Below are positions 44,650 through 59,913 of a stretch of DNA of 64,000 bases, piece after piece (positions within the stretch are counted from its first letter, which is position 1; every line of letters starts with the position of its first letter). Source of the DNA: the human T2T-CHM13v2.0 reference genome, Homo sapiens; NCBI RefSeq assembly GCF_009914755.1, contig NC_060939.1. One strand, given 5' to 3'. The position numbers and the translations under genes are program-made. A model generated the notes under the pieces. That model was not told the origin of the DNA, made no database searches, and was given only the letters and a program-made list of their open reading frames with translations.

Positions 44650-44886
44650 CTACAAGGTGACAGAATATGTTATTTATTTTAATAAAAAATATCGATCATC
44701 ACCCAAATATTTATAGAATCTGAATTCTCAGAGATAATACTTCTGAAAATACAAATAAATCTGCAAATGTTAATGTAATACAGTTTAGATTCTTAATGCT
44801 TTCAACAAAACAGAAGTGGGTTTCTGCTCTTTCTCAATCTTCTGTGTAGAGAGTGATTCTTGATATAAACTAAAGTATTAGACTGA

Positions 44887-45184
44887 AGCCAGGTGTGGTG
44901 GCTCACACTTGTAATCTCAGCACTTTAGGAGGCCAAGGCAGGTGGATCGTTTGAGCCCAGGAGTTCAAGACCAGCCTGGGTAACATGATGTAACTTTGTC
45001 TCTTACAAAAAATACAAAAATTAGCCCAGCATGGTAGCACATCTATAGTCCCAGCTACTCAGGAGACTGAGGTGGGAGGATGGCTTGAGCCTACGAGGCG
45101 GAGTTTGCAGTGAGCTCTGATCACACCACTGCACTACAGTCTGGGCAACAGAGCGAGACTCTATCTAAAAAAATAAAAATAAAG
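44887..45184 (+). mobile_element. Alu (AluJ-like)
   Basis: Full dimer. Confidence 0.87.
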
Positions 45185-45338
45185 TCACAGATTGGAACCT
45201 AAAATAAACAAGACTTTATAAAATATCTAATGCACTATTTTTTAAGTACCAAATGACCTTATATATAGATTTTGTAAAGAGAAACTTGACGGCAATTTAT
45301 TATACTTAATAACATTAATTTTTAAATTCCAAACTCAC

Positions 45339-45424
45339 CAGAGAATTCCAGTCCAGCAATAGGAAAGAAATTCTTGACATTGTGAAGTGCTAGTTTAACC
45401 ATTGTCAAATGTAGAAGAGCCCAG
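45339..45424 (-). CDS. DMXL2: DMXL2 exon, 86 nt (WALLHLTMVKL...GLEFS)
   Basis: cag|C acceptor, G|gtgagt donor. Confidence 0.94.
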
Positions 45425-45955
45425 CTGTTCAAGGAGGGGCAAAAAGAGTCTTTAAGTGAAAAATAAAATCATGGGAGAAACAGAGTGGTGTTCCCTGCCA
45501 ACTGTTTAGCCCACTCTCCAACCCAGAAAAAAAGCTGTCATTGAAATTTACTATGCAAAAATGGCACCTCTGTGGTCACTGAATACAAAAAACTTGCAAT
45601 ACTATATTACACTTGCTGAAAATTACCTCGTGGAAAAAGATTAACCACATAGTCACATGAAACCTAATAGTATACCAATAATTTATATATTAAACTCTAA
45701 TAGTATATCCATGAGTTACATATTTTTTCCTCACTAAAGATGCTTGTGTTTGCACTCTCCATAAAAGCTAGTCTTTGGAGGTGGAGAAAACACTATGTAG
45801 ACATTGACCTCAAAGGTGTAGAATTTGTAACCTGGAAACATAAGTCATTTCTTATATAAATTCAGGATAATAATGTTATTTAAAATTAATAACATTGATA
45901 TTTTCTACAAAAAGAAAAGCCAAAAAAAAATGAGAGAAAGAAAAGTCTTATTTAC

Positions 45956-46083
45956 CTATAGGAATTTGGATCTTGGTGCTCCTGTATTTGTGTATCTGAA
46001 AAAAAGGCATCATCTTCTTCATCACTATGAATGCTTTCATCAGAATCATATATAACACCACTATCAGACAAAGGAAGAAATGG
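45956..46083 (-). CDS. DMXL2: DMXL2 exon, 128 nt (PFLPLSDSG...DPNSY)
   Basis: cag|CCA acceptor, AG|gtaaa donor. Confidence 0.94.
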
Positions 46084-47475
46084 CTGCAATAAAAGGTAAA
46101 ATTATTTTTTTAAAGATTATAATTTCATAAACATATAAAATATATTTTATATAACATGTATTATATATTTAATATAGAAAATATTTTTAGTATATAATTA
46201 TTTTTGTTCTAACATAAAAGTAAACATTTTAAATGGTGTCAGCATAAGTAAAAATTTTCTTTTGCAGATAATGCTACATCTACAAAAGTCAAGATGACAA
46301 GGTAAAACTCTCATATTCAATAACTGAATAGCTAGATGTGAAATTTTTTTTAATCAATAGTTTTCTTCTTATAGATCAGCAATAAATAGTTAGAAAAGTC
46401 TAAAGAAATACAAAAGGACAAACTATGAAAGCTGTGAGAGAGCTATTGTGAAGGAAATTATAAATCTTTATAAAATTATATGAAGGGAAGGACTGAAATG
46501 TGTAAAAACTGTAATTCTTTATAAGTTAATTTACACAGGCTTTAAGTAATTTCAATAAAAATCTCCCTGTGAATTTCTCTTCCTGTTTTGGAACTTTAAA
46601 ATGATTCTGAAGTTCGTAGAGAAGAAAAAATAGATGAGATTAGCTGGGGAATTTTTTTTAAATAAAAAAAATCCCATTTTTTTTAGTGGATATTAAACTA
46701 AGTAAGAAAAATGTAGTCTAGATTGATGCAAAAATATAATACAAAAATCATACACGTATAAGAAGTTAATCTGACAAAGGTAACATCTTAAGTCAGTGGG
46801 AGAAAAAGAAAGATTATTTAATAAATAATAATGGAACAACTAGTTAGCTAAGTGTGGGAATGGGAGATGAAGTCTGATCCAGTCTGTTCCTCACTTTATT
46901 CTAGATAAATAAGAGAATTAAAAGTTAAGGAGGAGGAGAAAGAAAAAGAACAGGAGGAAACAGAGAAGGAAGGTAAAATAAATGTACACATTTATTAGTG
47001 GAAAAGACTTCTGCTGAAAAACAATGTAATCAATAAGGAAATGTATGGATAGATCTAATTTTTAAACTTTTTAAAATTTCTGTGCATGATAAACTTTTTA
47101 AAACTTCAAATGCATAATAAACAAAATTTTAAAGCAAATAAACTAGAAAAAGCTTAACAAGATAAATTAATAATATCTCTAGATAAAGTATCCAGAAAAA
47201 GGAAAAATACCATAATCTCAACAGATAATTTAGGTAAGAATATGAACAGTCAATACCTCAAACTGGAAAATCAAATGGCAATAAGATCATTAAAATTTTA
47301 ATGTCACTAACAGAAAATAAAAATCATTTAATCTATCAAATTAACAAAAATGAAAAAGGAATACTTAATGCTAATAAGGGGGTAAAGTTAGATGCATCCT
47401 CTCACTATTCTCAAGAGAGTACAAATTAGTAATGTGGAAAATAATCTGGCAATATGTATTAAAAGCCTTATTTAA

Positions 47476-47797
<322 letters not shown>

Positions 47798-48731
47798 TGA
47801 CCTAGTACTTCTTAAGGAAATAATCTGCTCATGAACAAGACATATTTTAAAAGATACTATTCTTGGCATTTTAAACATCAAATCACTAACAAAGTGAAAA
47901 GTTACATGGTCACTATAATTGATGCTTATCTAGAAACAATGATCAACCAAGTAAGAGCGAGCACCCCAGCATCTGTCTGTAGTTTCTAAATATAATTTCT
48001 CACAAAAAGGAACCAGGTTATTTCAAAAAAGTGATTGTTCTCAGTCACAGGCAGGAAATATACATGATTAGCCTAGAATAAAACTAGAAAGCAGGCAAAC
48101 TCAAACACTAGTGGAATAATCTCAAAAAGATTCGGAGCCAATTGTGGAAGAGGCTCTCACTGGCAAAGATGGATAATCTGAGTCCCCATGAGAAAAAAAT
48201 AACTGCAATAGATTAAAACATATAAAATATGTTTAAATCTATAAGTTCATAACAAAGCTGAAAGCAAAACAAAACTCACTGGCCTCCTCTGAAGGATGCT
48301 TGGGAACCAACTCATCATTTTGAAAACTGGTACACAAAAGCAAAAGAATAAAGCATTTATCCTGTCTTTCCGACTCAAAATGTACTTCAGGGTAATTGAA
48401 TAGGTTGATGAAGAGACATTCCAGCAAATACATGAAAAATGAATGACAGGATTATATTATCATAATGTAAAACTTTCACTGAAATAATAAATGTAGGCAA
48501 AGATCAACTAAAATCATAAAAAGCTTCCTGACAGAAATATACAAAACCACCTATGAAGTTAATCCTGTACTCCCTCTTCCTATCCAATCAGAATGAAATT
48601 GGATTTAATTTTCACTTGACAAGATTCAGAGGAACAAAATATGGTGATGCCATCAGCAAAATCCATTGAAAAATTCTAAAGGTCAAAATTCTTTCAGGGC
48701 AAACGAAAAAGGTGGGAGTTAAGTTAAAAAA

Positions 48732-48753
48732 AGAGAGAGAGAGAGAGAGAGAG
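48732..48753. repeat. (AG)n microsatellite
   Basis: About 11 AG units. Confidence 0.88.
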
Positions 48754-49715
48754 GTGGAGCCTATAGATTAAAAGAGACTGAAGATATAGCAACCACTTGC
48801 AAGGTATGAATCATATTTTAGATCCTGATTTGAACAAATCAACTATATAAAAACATTTAAGATGCAACTGGTGAAATGTGAATACTGTCTGAATATGTGA
48901 TAATATTAAAGAATTGTGGGTGTGCTTCTGTGGGTGTAACACTAATGTAGATCTATTTAAAATCCTTTTTTTTTTTCAAAAATAAATAATGAAATATTTT
49001 TGAATGAAATTTCATGATGTTTGGATTTGCTTCCAAACAAAGTAGTGGGGAGAGGTATAAATGAAACAAGACTGTCCATGAGTAGATAATTTTTGAAGCT
49101 ACATGATGGTAGATAAAAGATTCATATGCTATTATCTCTCCTTTTGTGTATGTTGGAAGTTTTCTACACTGAAGTTTTTAAAATGACAGCTATATAAGTT
49201 TTTAATGGCATAAAAACTGTTTACCTTGTTAATGTTAACAGAAAAAAAACTACATATACTGATCCAATTATACATTTTTTTAATCTGAGGAAAAAAGATT
49301 AATAGTAAATTGGCCACAATGGTAACAGTTATCTTTGTTGCACAGATGAGTGCTATTTCCCTTCTTTATAATATTTTGCATTTTCCAAATTTTCAGAACA
49401 TATATCAGGAGGAAACATTTTTGAAAAACAAAAATTTAGCACATTACCATTTACAAATCTTAATGTTGTTATCACTCACATTAATGATGCAATGAGCTTT
49501 CATTCGTGGCAAATAAAAATTTTAAAAAGGTAGGAGTGGGAACTGCCTATACATTTTTAAGAGTACTTTATTATTTCCCTGGTTTATTAGCTAAATACAA
49601 CTAAGTGCAACTCAATTGGCAGCCTTAAGGGATAGGCCAGAATGACTCTGGAAGTATAACTCGGACCCTGATAGAGTGTAAACCTGGAAATCTGCACTCA
49701 CAATGTGCCTAAGCT

Positions 49716-49902
49716 CATAGTTCTCAAACTTCAGCACACATTAGAACCATCTGGAGAGCTTGTTAAGACATAGATTGTTGGTTCTCACTCCCAGAGTTTC
49801 TGATTGAGGGGTCTGAGGGAAGACCCAAGAATCTGCATTTCAAACAAGTTCCCAAGGAATGCCGATGCTGCCGGTTCTGAGACCACACTTTGAGAACCAC
49901 TG
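49716..49902. mobile_element. MER5A-type DNA element
   Basis: TTCTCAAACTT...CACACTTTGAGAACCACTG termini. Confidence 0.75.
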
Positions 49903-49915
49903 ACGTAACCAAAGT

Positions 49916-50202
49916 CTTTTTTTTTGAGACACTGTCTCAGTCCGACACCCAGGCTGGTGTGCAGTGGCACAATCATGGCTCACTGCAACGCTGACCTCCT
50001 GGACTCAAGCAATCCTCTCACCTCAGCCTTTCAAGCAGCTAGAACTACAGGCAAACAGCACTGCACCTACGTTTTAAAATTTTTTTGGCAGAGACATGGT
50101 CTATGTTGTCCAGGCTGGTCTCAAACTCCTGGATGTAAGCAATCCTTCCACCTCAACCTCCCAAAGTGCTGAGGTTACAGGTATGAGCCACTGCACCTGG
50201 CC
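49916..50202 (-). mobile_element. Alu (AluJ-like)
   Basis: Diverged reverse dimer. Confidence 0.85.
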
Positions 50203-50994
50203 TCAGAGTCTTTAGATAACAAAACAAAGCTTCCAAACTCATGTTGAAAGACTTTTTAAGGATCAGCTTAGCATACAAAAAAACGGAGCGGGATCAGCGC
50301 CTCAATAACTCTGAGATCTAATAAAAATCTAAAAATGGGAAGAGGCATGACTCTGGAGATGTATTCCCTCATGTGTATGCACAGCAAGGTAACAACAGAG
50401 TTAACACATGTAAAGAGGGAAACATACCAACAGAAGGAGAATCATGAGCTCAAAAGAGCAAAGTGCAGAAAAGCAAACATTAGCATGCACCCAGCATGGT
50501 ATGAAATGGGGCTATACCAGATCTAGTCACCATGAGTATTCTGATCCCCTGAGAAGTTTCCTTTGCGCTGGGAAAACAGAGATGTATCATGGGGCCTCAT
50601 CATGGCCTGATAAAACCGCCAAATGTCCATCCATCTCCTTCTATTCTAATTCCATGCTTACCAAGGGAGCCACTGATAATTAGAAGAGGGGTGTCTAGGT
50701 GGTAGATACAAGTATTCCAGTCACTCGAAAAAGATGGTGCTGATTATGTAATAAGCTGACTTCTAATTTATACATAACTCCCATGTGATTTTAATTTGTC
50801 TCCTACATCATCAGGTAACTGATGATCCTCGAATTTACTATGACTATTCAGTTTCTGGACTTAATAAATTAAACGTCTAAACTATGGTGATTCAATCCAA
50901 AAGCTACCCCATCATTCCTATGTGAGACACATGCAAGAGTTAATAAAATAGATGATAGACTTCTCTTAAAGCTTGCATTCCTCACACTCCTTAC

Positions 50995-51173
50995 CTTTGC
51001 AACAAAATAATCCCACATACTAAGTTCGGGAGGAATAAATTTTTCTTTGTAAGATGGTCTTTCTGCAGGCACCGGTGGTGGGGTAGCATCTTTTACAGGC
51101 CTTCCAGGGACGAGCATTCTCATGTTAAATCTCCTACGGTGTTTATCTATGTCTTCAGAAAGGACAGGAGGTG
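50995..51173 (-). CDS. DMXL2: DMXL2 exon, 179 nt (APPVLSEDIDKHRRRFNMR...WDYFVAK)
   Basis: tag|CA acceptor, AAG|gtaag donor. Confidence 0.95.
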
Positions 51174-52129
51174 CTAAATGAAGATAGAAGGAAAAAAAAA
51201 TCTAGCATTCATTTTCCATTGTTAATTGATAGAGTTAAGCTTTCTTTTTATCCTACTCTTGCCATGTTTTGGTCTAAACTAAATTACTTATTCCTGTGCT
51301 TCTAAACTTTTCTAGTTACTGAATCAGCTTTCCAGCAGTCATGGCAGAGATACAGATGGAGATAAAGCATTAAAGCCTATCTTGCCATGTGCTCCCTAAA
51401 ATAAGGATTAAAGTAATTCTATATAAAATACACTAAATAAGTGGTATATTCAATAAATATTAAAGTGAGTGATTGACTGATTATCCCTGGCTATGAGGTT
51501 CAAGAAAGATTCACTGAATATGTAGAATTTAATAGTGTGCCTTAAAAGAAGGGCAGAAGTTCAATGGGAAAATGGAAAAGGACAATATAAACAAATAATC
51601 AAAGAAGGTTTGGGTAAATGAGGAGTAAATTACTTTTGGTAGACAGGAGTCATGGAGGGAAGTAATATCAACAACAGTCTAGAGTTAGGTTAGGACAAGT
51701 CTGTGGCTATGAACCTGGGAACTTATGTTTTGGGCAATTCTCACTAACACCTCTTAAGTTTTAGTCACACAATGAGGTATGGCTTGTCTGATCAATTAGA
51801 GAGGAAGATGGAAGATGACATAAGAACAGCCTGCACTAATATGGTGGGTGGTAAAAAGTAGAGGAAGGGTTGTATATGAGTGATACACAAAAGAAATAGC
51901 AAAAGGATTCAGGAATTGGGTATGGGAGGGCCAGAAAGTAGAAGTCAACCTGCTCCTCTCCTAAACCTCCCCATCACAGAAAATAATTTTATCTCAACTC
52001 TTCTATCTTCCCTACCCCAGACACAATTCATCAACAAATCCATTGGCTCTAACCTCAAACTATACCCAGAATATGATCACTTTTCACTCTGACCATAACT
52101 AACACCCTAGGATGAACCACTATTATTTC

Positions 52130-52550
52130 TTTTTAATTGAGGCAAATTTTACATAAAATAAAATTAACAATTTTAAAGTGTACAATTCAGTGATATTTAG
52201 TACATTTAACATGTCATGCAACCACCACCTCTATCTAGTTTCAAAGCATTCTCCTCACCCCAAAAGGAAACACTATACCAAATAAGCAGTCACTCCTTAT
52301 TTCTCCCTCCCCCTAGCCCATGGCAACCACAGTCTACTTTCTGTCTCTATGGATTTACCTATTCAGGATATTTCATATAAATGGAGCCAGACAATATGAG
52401 ACTTTTTGTGTCTGGCTTCTTTGGCTTAGCCTATTTTTGAAGTTCATACAGATTATAGTATGCATTAGTACTTCATTCCTTTTATAGCTGAGTAACACTC
52501 CATTGCACGAATATACCACACTTTGTTGATCCTTTCATCCTTGATGGTAA
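52130..52550 (-). mobile_element. L1MB-like 3' end, nested in an L2 remnant (~51950-53050)
   Basis: TTTTAAAGTGTACAATTCAGTG...CTATGGATTTACCTATT; flanks carry L2 motifs (CTCAGGACCTTTGCA...TGCCTGGAATGCTCT). Confidence 0.7.
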
Positions 52551-54117
52551 CCCACAATTATCTTTTAAGTGAACTAGCCTCCCTACCACCAGCCTCCCTA
52601 CTCTTATTTATGTTACCCAGTCTATTCTCCACAAAGCAGCTAGAGCGGTTCTGTTGAAAAGCTGAATCAGATTCTGTCACCTCCTCTCTTTAGAACAACT
52701 AACGCTTTTACCATGATCCTAAAGGAACTTGCCCCAGCTACTCTTCTATTCTCATCTCCTACAACACTCTCCCTCTTCATGACAGCCATGATGGTCCCTG
52801 GGTAGTTCTTGGAAAAGGCCAAACTCAATTCTACCTCAGGACCTTTGCATTCATCTGCCTGGAATGCTCTGGTCTCAGATATCCACATGGTGTGATTCCC
52901 AACTTCCTTACAGCTCTCCTCAAATGCTATCTCATCAGAAATATGTCTTCCAACCACCTTAACTAAACTGGTCCATTCCCATTCCCTCATCACCGTCTTT
53001 CCACTTACTCCATTTTTATCACAGTTCTTATCATTACCTGAAATATCTTTGTTAATTGCCTGATAGGTGTTAAGTGAATAAATTAATGCAAATATTAATA
53101 TGTACTGGCAGGTTTTAAGCATGGATGATTTGATGGATAAATTACCATGAACAAAAAATCAGAAAACTCAGGCAGAGAAATAAACAATTTTGGAGAAAAA
53201 CTTTTAAGTTTAAAGTGGACTATAACCAAGCAGCAAGAAAGAGATTCAGATATCCACATTTGATGGGAATGGAAGCAGTGGGAGTTGATAAGATCATCTC
53301 CCTTACAATGACTTACACAGGAACCTATTTATTTAACTCAATCACAGACAATGAAGACAGAGGTTAGTGTCATTAAACTTGTGTGCCACTGATTTCTCAT
53401 CTGTAATATGTCCATTTCTAAGGATGAATTAAGATGATTTCTATATATCAGCATCAAGATAGAAATCTTTCCTGCGGCATCAGTCTATACCTCACCATAT
53501 CATACCATTTTCAAAAGTGGGATGAAAAATATATTCTGGCCATGAGGGAAGAAGAAACACACAAGGAAAATGGAATAATACTATCACATTGAAGACTAAA
53601 GGAACCTATTTTGGAGAATAAAAAAATAGAATTTAAAAACTGTGTGTATGATTGGAATGGCTATCTTGCACATGACCATACATTTAATCTGAAGCCAACT
53701 GCTGGTATGCGCTAAAGATTTTGAACACTTACTTAAATTTTCTTCTTTCTGTAATTAAGAACTATCCGTTTTGTTTTTGCTTTTTTTTTTTCATTTTATT
53801 GTCTTAGGAACTACTCTTTTTGTATGACTTTGTTCCTTAACATTTTTTCTGTATTTACCTTTACCTTTCCTCTATTTTTAATCTTCTTCAAACATGTCCT
53901 GCTTTATCAACCTCAAAAATGTTATTTCTATAAAAATAAAAGTAACAAACTATATGTTTATTATATCATGGGTTTAATTATTTGCTGTCATAACAAGAGT
54001 GATTATACTTTAAGCATCGCTTATTTTCAAAGTGAAATTTCTTGAAACATTAAAAAAAATTTTAACATTCAAAATGATTAACATTTACATACATTACTGG
54101 TATCAAACGTATCTTAC

Positions 54118-54366
54118 CTGAAATATTTTCTGATTGTCTTCGAGGTTTCACAACAAGTTTTACACCGCCTCCAAAAACAGCAGCCCACATTCGATTATTT
54201 AATGGGTGGGCTGCAAGCCGAAATAATTCACTGGAGGAATTTGTGGCAAGAGCATGTATCAATAAACTTAAGTAAACAGCAACAACAGCTTCACATAGCA
54301 AAATGTTCAGTTTTGGCTGGTCTTCATCTTGGGCTGAACTCAAAAGATTAATAAGTGAGCTCACAC
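54118..54366 (-). CDS. DMXL2: DMXL2 exon, 249 nt (GVSSLINLLS...SENIS)
   Basis: tag|GT acceptor, G|gtaag donor; lies within ORF 54062..54412. Confidence 0.95.
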
Positions 54367-54982
54367 CTATAAGGGTATATAAAATCATAAGACGTATGTC
54401 AGGATGAAGCACCAGAAGGAAAAAACATCCAAATTTGCAACTTATCCAAAATTATGCATTTATATTTTACAAAATATTTCCATAATTTGAGCAACAAAAT
54501 AAACAAGATAGGAATGGATTATAGCCTATAGAATAAAATCATCCATTTGTCTACACTGATATAATAAATGAGTAGATAAACAAAAGGTAAGAAGGGGAAG
54601 CTCTTCCTTAAAGTACAATTTCAACTAATACATAAAATGAGTGATAGTGTTAGAAAATCACCATCTAGTAACCCCACAGTAATACCTGATTCAGGCAAAA
54701 ATCATCACTAGATGCTAAAATTAGCAAGTGAAAGTATAATATTTTACACAGTCTCAAACTAACTCTTCACAAGATACTGATTAATTACAAAGGAAAAAAA
54801 AAGTAACTTTACAATGGAGAAACTTGGCAGAAACCACCTTACCAAGTGATCAAAGTTAACAGCAGCTGGGGCCAAATGACATCATATGCCTCTTGATATC
54901 TCCTACTGAGAAAGACACATCTTTTTTGTGGTATCCCTGCCAAAAAATACGTAACCTGAATCCAACATTAAGAAAAAAATCA

Positions 54983-55366
<384 letters not shown>

Positions 55367-56362
55367 TCAAAAGTGTCAAAGTTGTGAAAGAGAAAGAAGG
55401 AAGACTTTACTCAATATAAGAGGAGACTAATGAGACATGACAACTAAATGTTACATATGGGCCCCCAAAAGCACATTAGTGGGACAACTGGCAAAATTCA
55501 AAAAAGGTCTGTAGATTAGAGAACATAAATGTTAAATTGGATAATTATGTGAGAATGTCTGTTTATAGGAAACACACATTGAAATGTTTAGATGGAAAGG
55601 GATATCTGGTCTGCAACTTACTCTCAAATTTTTCAAAAAAAATACACTTAGATACACAAACAGCAAGTGAGTGAGAGAGAAGAAATGAATGACAAAGCAA
55701 GCATGGTAAAATGTTAACATTTGGGGAATCTGGGTGAAATTTAGTATTATGTTTGCAATTTTTTGCAAGTCTGAAATTATTTTGAAATAAGAGGTTAAAA
55801 TGAAAACAATGTGTTTCTACAAGGCAATGGTTACAGTAATCTGAAATATACACTTAGGATATTGAAGAGAGTGGAGAAGTTTTGAAACAACTGATGTAGA
55901 GAATGAGAAAGAGAGCCAACAAGAAAAAAAGGACTGTCAGACAGCATGATATATGTACCACAGAATAGTCACTCCTACCCCAATACATAAATTTACACGC
56001 CCGAGAACAACTAACTGTATTTTCTATGGTATGTCTGTGAAAATATGTCTGTGATTTTCTAAGACTCTAATTTAACATTTCTAAGAAAGATAATGTGCTC
56101 CATCCTTATGAAGGATGTTAAGACATTGCTTTTTTATGTTGGTTAACATAGCTGGTTTTATGAAGCCTTAACTTCCTGAGTCTTCAGACAATATTGCAGT
56201 ACTTAATAGTTCCTAATCCATAGCAGAAAAACATCATCAAAAAACAAAGAAAGAAAGGAACCACTCACTAAATCCAGCAACAAGCAGGAAACTGGTCAGT
56301 AGGCTTTTAGGAAGAAATTGCCAACTAGAAGATTTTTTTTTTTTAATCATTTAAATTCTCAC

Positions 56363-56493
56363 CAGGCCATTGAGCAGGAGATGAATTTGGTGTTGCGTGT
56401 TCTTCAATGCTTTCTGTCCTTAGTCTTCTACGATCACTTAAAAGAAGTCCTTGATAAGCCATTCCTGTAAACTGATTTCCTTCTGTTTGACTG
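56363..56493 (-). CDS. DMXL2: DMXL2 exon, 131 or 128 nt ((S)QTEGNQFTGMAYQGLL...AQWP)
   Basis: Tandem acceptor tagCAG, G|gtgaga donor. Confidence 0.93.
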
Positions 56494-58043
56494 CTAAAAC
56501 AAATAGGTTCAGTTATTTATCATCCTGAGAGGTAATAAAAAATTGCACTTTATGTATATCATCTATTTTAGACACCTATTTTAAGAAACAAAAATTCTTA
56601 AAATGCATTCACTGTTCTAATAAAAATTTATTTTAGAAAATTACTGAAATTAGTTACAAATGCTTATTGTTTCTTTTAAACAAAGTAACAAATTTTATTA
56701 TGTTGGGCAGATGACACTTATTCCTTTAGAATTTTTTCCAGATGCCACTTTAATACTTTAAAATCTTTTCTATTTGCAGTAATTTTTATTTTGTGTTTTT
56801 ACAAAGTCTGAGGTAAGGAGACTACTGCTGGTACTAGGATACAGTAGGCAGAAAGTTTCAGGGACTAGTAGGTTGCATTTCTTTTCTCTGCAAAGTTGTG
56901 CAAGTTTAACCCTAAATTAAAGTTATGAACTAAAACCCAGAGAATCACATTTTAGAAATACCTAAACCTAAAACCAAATGTCCCTAAATATTATTTAATA
57001 ATATTTACTTCCCTCTCTATAATGGCTATCTTTGTGAAGTTGGGGAAAATATAAAAGCGGAAAGTCAAGCTGAGTCTAGTAAATCATAGCCGACCAACTG
57101 GAAAATATATATTTAAAAACAATGTATTTGCATTTTCATTTGGTGCCATTTTAATGGTGACTGACATCAAACAAGTTATCTTTGATCATTTAGATGACAA
57201 CAGTCAACTAAATCAACTTTTTTCCTTATTTACATTTCCAATCTTTGGAGTTATTTAGACACAGCCTAATTAAGTTACAATCAGAGTACAGGCCATTTTG
57301 ATAGATAATTCTTTACTTGATACCAAATGTTCCCACAAAAGGCTGCTACCATTACAAGAAAGAAAGCCAGAAATATATTTAATATCAATTTAATGTGAAT
57401 CTACTATTATAAACTTTTCATTTATTAACATTATTCATTTAAATCTAGGTTATCTTTCCAAGTGATTCAATTTCCTGCTACTTACATTGCTCTAGTCATT
57501 AAAATGCAAAGTACACACTAATGAAGGCAATTATACATTTAGAAAAATTCAATCCATTTCTTCTAATTGATATCACTTCCAAAGACTTTTACATCATATG
57601 TAAATGGGTAGGTAAAAGTAATTTAAATAATTCCATTTTAGGAATGTACTTTTTCATTTTTCAAAAGTATTTTTTATTTCAGTGGATAATTAGTTAAATA
57701 GCTGCTAATCCAATGCAAAAAGAAATTGTTTCTAAGGAAAAACAATTAGAAAATTTCATATCATAAGTTATTATGGACAGTAAACTCTTCTTTCTTAAAA
57801 ACAAAAAGGATGGTAATGATGGTAATTTACATTTACTATTTGTTACTTTCTATATTTCTCTGTGACTACTAGGTGACAACTAAACAAATAATTATTTTAT
57901 TTCTGATTCTCTCGCATGTATTAAAATATCATGGCTGTCATATTTAGGGATTTTTCAGTCCCTAGGAAATAGAAACTTAATATAACTCTGGAACAGTTTA
58001 ATGTTTTTGCTGTATTAATACTATTTTGGGTGATTTTTTTTAC

Positions 58044-58120
58044 CTGTAGCTATGACTGTCACATAATGCTTGGTAAATTGATGCAGAAAGTGATGCTGCT
58101 AGTGAATGAAGTGTGTGCAC
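58044..58120 (-). CDS. DMXL2: DMXL2 exon, 77 nt (VHTLHSLAASLSASIYQALCDSHSY)
   Basis: tag|GTG acceptor, AG|gtaaa donor. Confidence 0.94.
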
Positions 58121-59721
58121 CTAAAACCAAAACAGTCACAATTACATTTTGTACTAACATTTCTACACAACAGTAATATTTCAAAAATTAGAAAACATCC
58201 AGGAAACCTAGCAACATCATAAATAAGACTGAATCCTAGATGAGACTACTAACTCTGCTTTAAATCTTCTAAAGTAACTGTCACCCACCTTTATACACAT
58301 GCCACAATAAAGCTGATTGTTTCAGACACATTTTAATCAAACAGTTACTTACTGTGAGCCTGCCGTTTACGAGGCCCTGAGCAAAGTGCTAATGTTCATA
58401 TTACAGGCATTTGTCCTACCCTAACAATTAGCTTAAATAGTAATATTTAAAAAAAAGCAGAAGAAAATAAGAATAGAATTTTCAGAGTTTTTATTTAAGC
58501 TTGCCTCACGAAATTCGCCTTGATGAAAATAAACACTTAATCTTATCAATGAAAATGAATTAAATCTTTTTAGTAAATGTGTCAATCACTGTGTGAAACA
58601 GCAGATTTTCCAGAAAGTAATTTACTTGGTACTCATGAATTGAGGACAGTCTTAGAATTTTACATTTAGAAAGTTTTAAATTTCTCCATATAATTAAAAA
58701 AAAAACCCACCACCCTGAAATGCTATACTGAATCAATATTTTCAGACTCACAAAATCTTTAAATTTGAAGGGACCTTAGAAACAGTTTCATACCTTATAC
58801 AGATTACTCTTTGAAAGCCTTATCCAAATGTCTAGGAACTAGAAATGTTTACTTTGAATTCATATGCTTTTTATGCCTTTTCTGCGTGTCCCTATTCACC
58901 TAACAAATGATTTAAATAATCTCTGCTAAAATACTAATACAGGTTAATTCATAATATGGATGAGAAGTCCCTAATTGGTTATGACCAGGCCTTTAGAAGA
59001 ATGTGCTGCCAGAGAGTAAATGTGCCTGTCAAACAAAACAAATAAAAAATAAGAAAACAGGGGACCTGAATTGTGCATCAGCCAGTAGAACTGGAAAAAG
59101 CATAGCACAAATACACTCAGGCTGGGACAGTGAAAAGTCTGATCAGCTAGCTCCCCAGATCCTGCCAAGCTCCCTAGTGTTTCTTGGACTGTATCAGTTT
59201 TTAAGATCTTAGCACAGGGTATCAATATAGTTCGCAGTAGTAACTGCCAAAACTCTGATTGCCTCTAACTATTGCCTCCAATAAACACAACCACCAAGGA
59301 AACAGTAATAAGGACACTCTCTCTGGGACCATTTGTGACCAGTCATGCTTCCCTCCCAGATACTCCCCAACTTGTATTTTCATAATATCTTGGCATGTAA
59401 ACAAATAGTCATATTTCCAACTTAATGGTTCATTTAAGGGGAATGGAGGATCTAAAGGGATATTAAGTAGCAAGAATACTGTCAAGAAAATTAGTTTTAT
59501 TGCCAAAAGTATTTGTCTGTCTTAAAGGAAGACAATAACTTCTCCAGAAGTAAGAACACTTACTTTTAAATTACATTCATTGGACTAATAGTCTTGAACT
59601 GATCATGAGTGAGAAAGGTAGCACTTTGAAATATTTCCCCTAAGTTCGAATTAAAAGACAGGTATAACATATTTACCTTCTCAGGGTGTATAATATCAAA
59701 TGATCATAAACTTTACATTAC

Positions 59722-59913
59722 CTTCACATCTTCAATACTGGGATGAGGTGGTGTTTTCATCTGAACAATAGTATAAAGTATATCATGGATGTGATTATTT
59801 AAGTACAATACAGGATTAGCTATGACTGTTTTTGTTGACGCAATACTTGCTGAAAGCAGAGGTAGGGTGGTAGGCAGTGGTAGTGGAGACTGGAGCTGCT
59901 TTACTGTAGTTTC
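59722..59913 (-). CDS. DMXL2: DMXL2 exon, 192 nt (ETTVKQLQSPLPLPTTLPLL...IEDVK)
   Basis: cag|GAA acceptor, AAG|gtaat donor. Confidence 0.95.

Noticed and set aside
52667-53122. 151-aa minus-strand ORF
   Set aside because: It is the antisense reading of an L2 remnant, with no splice sites linking it to the DMXL2 frame.
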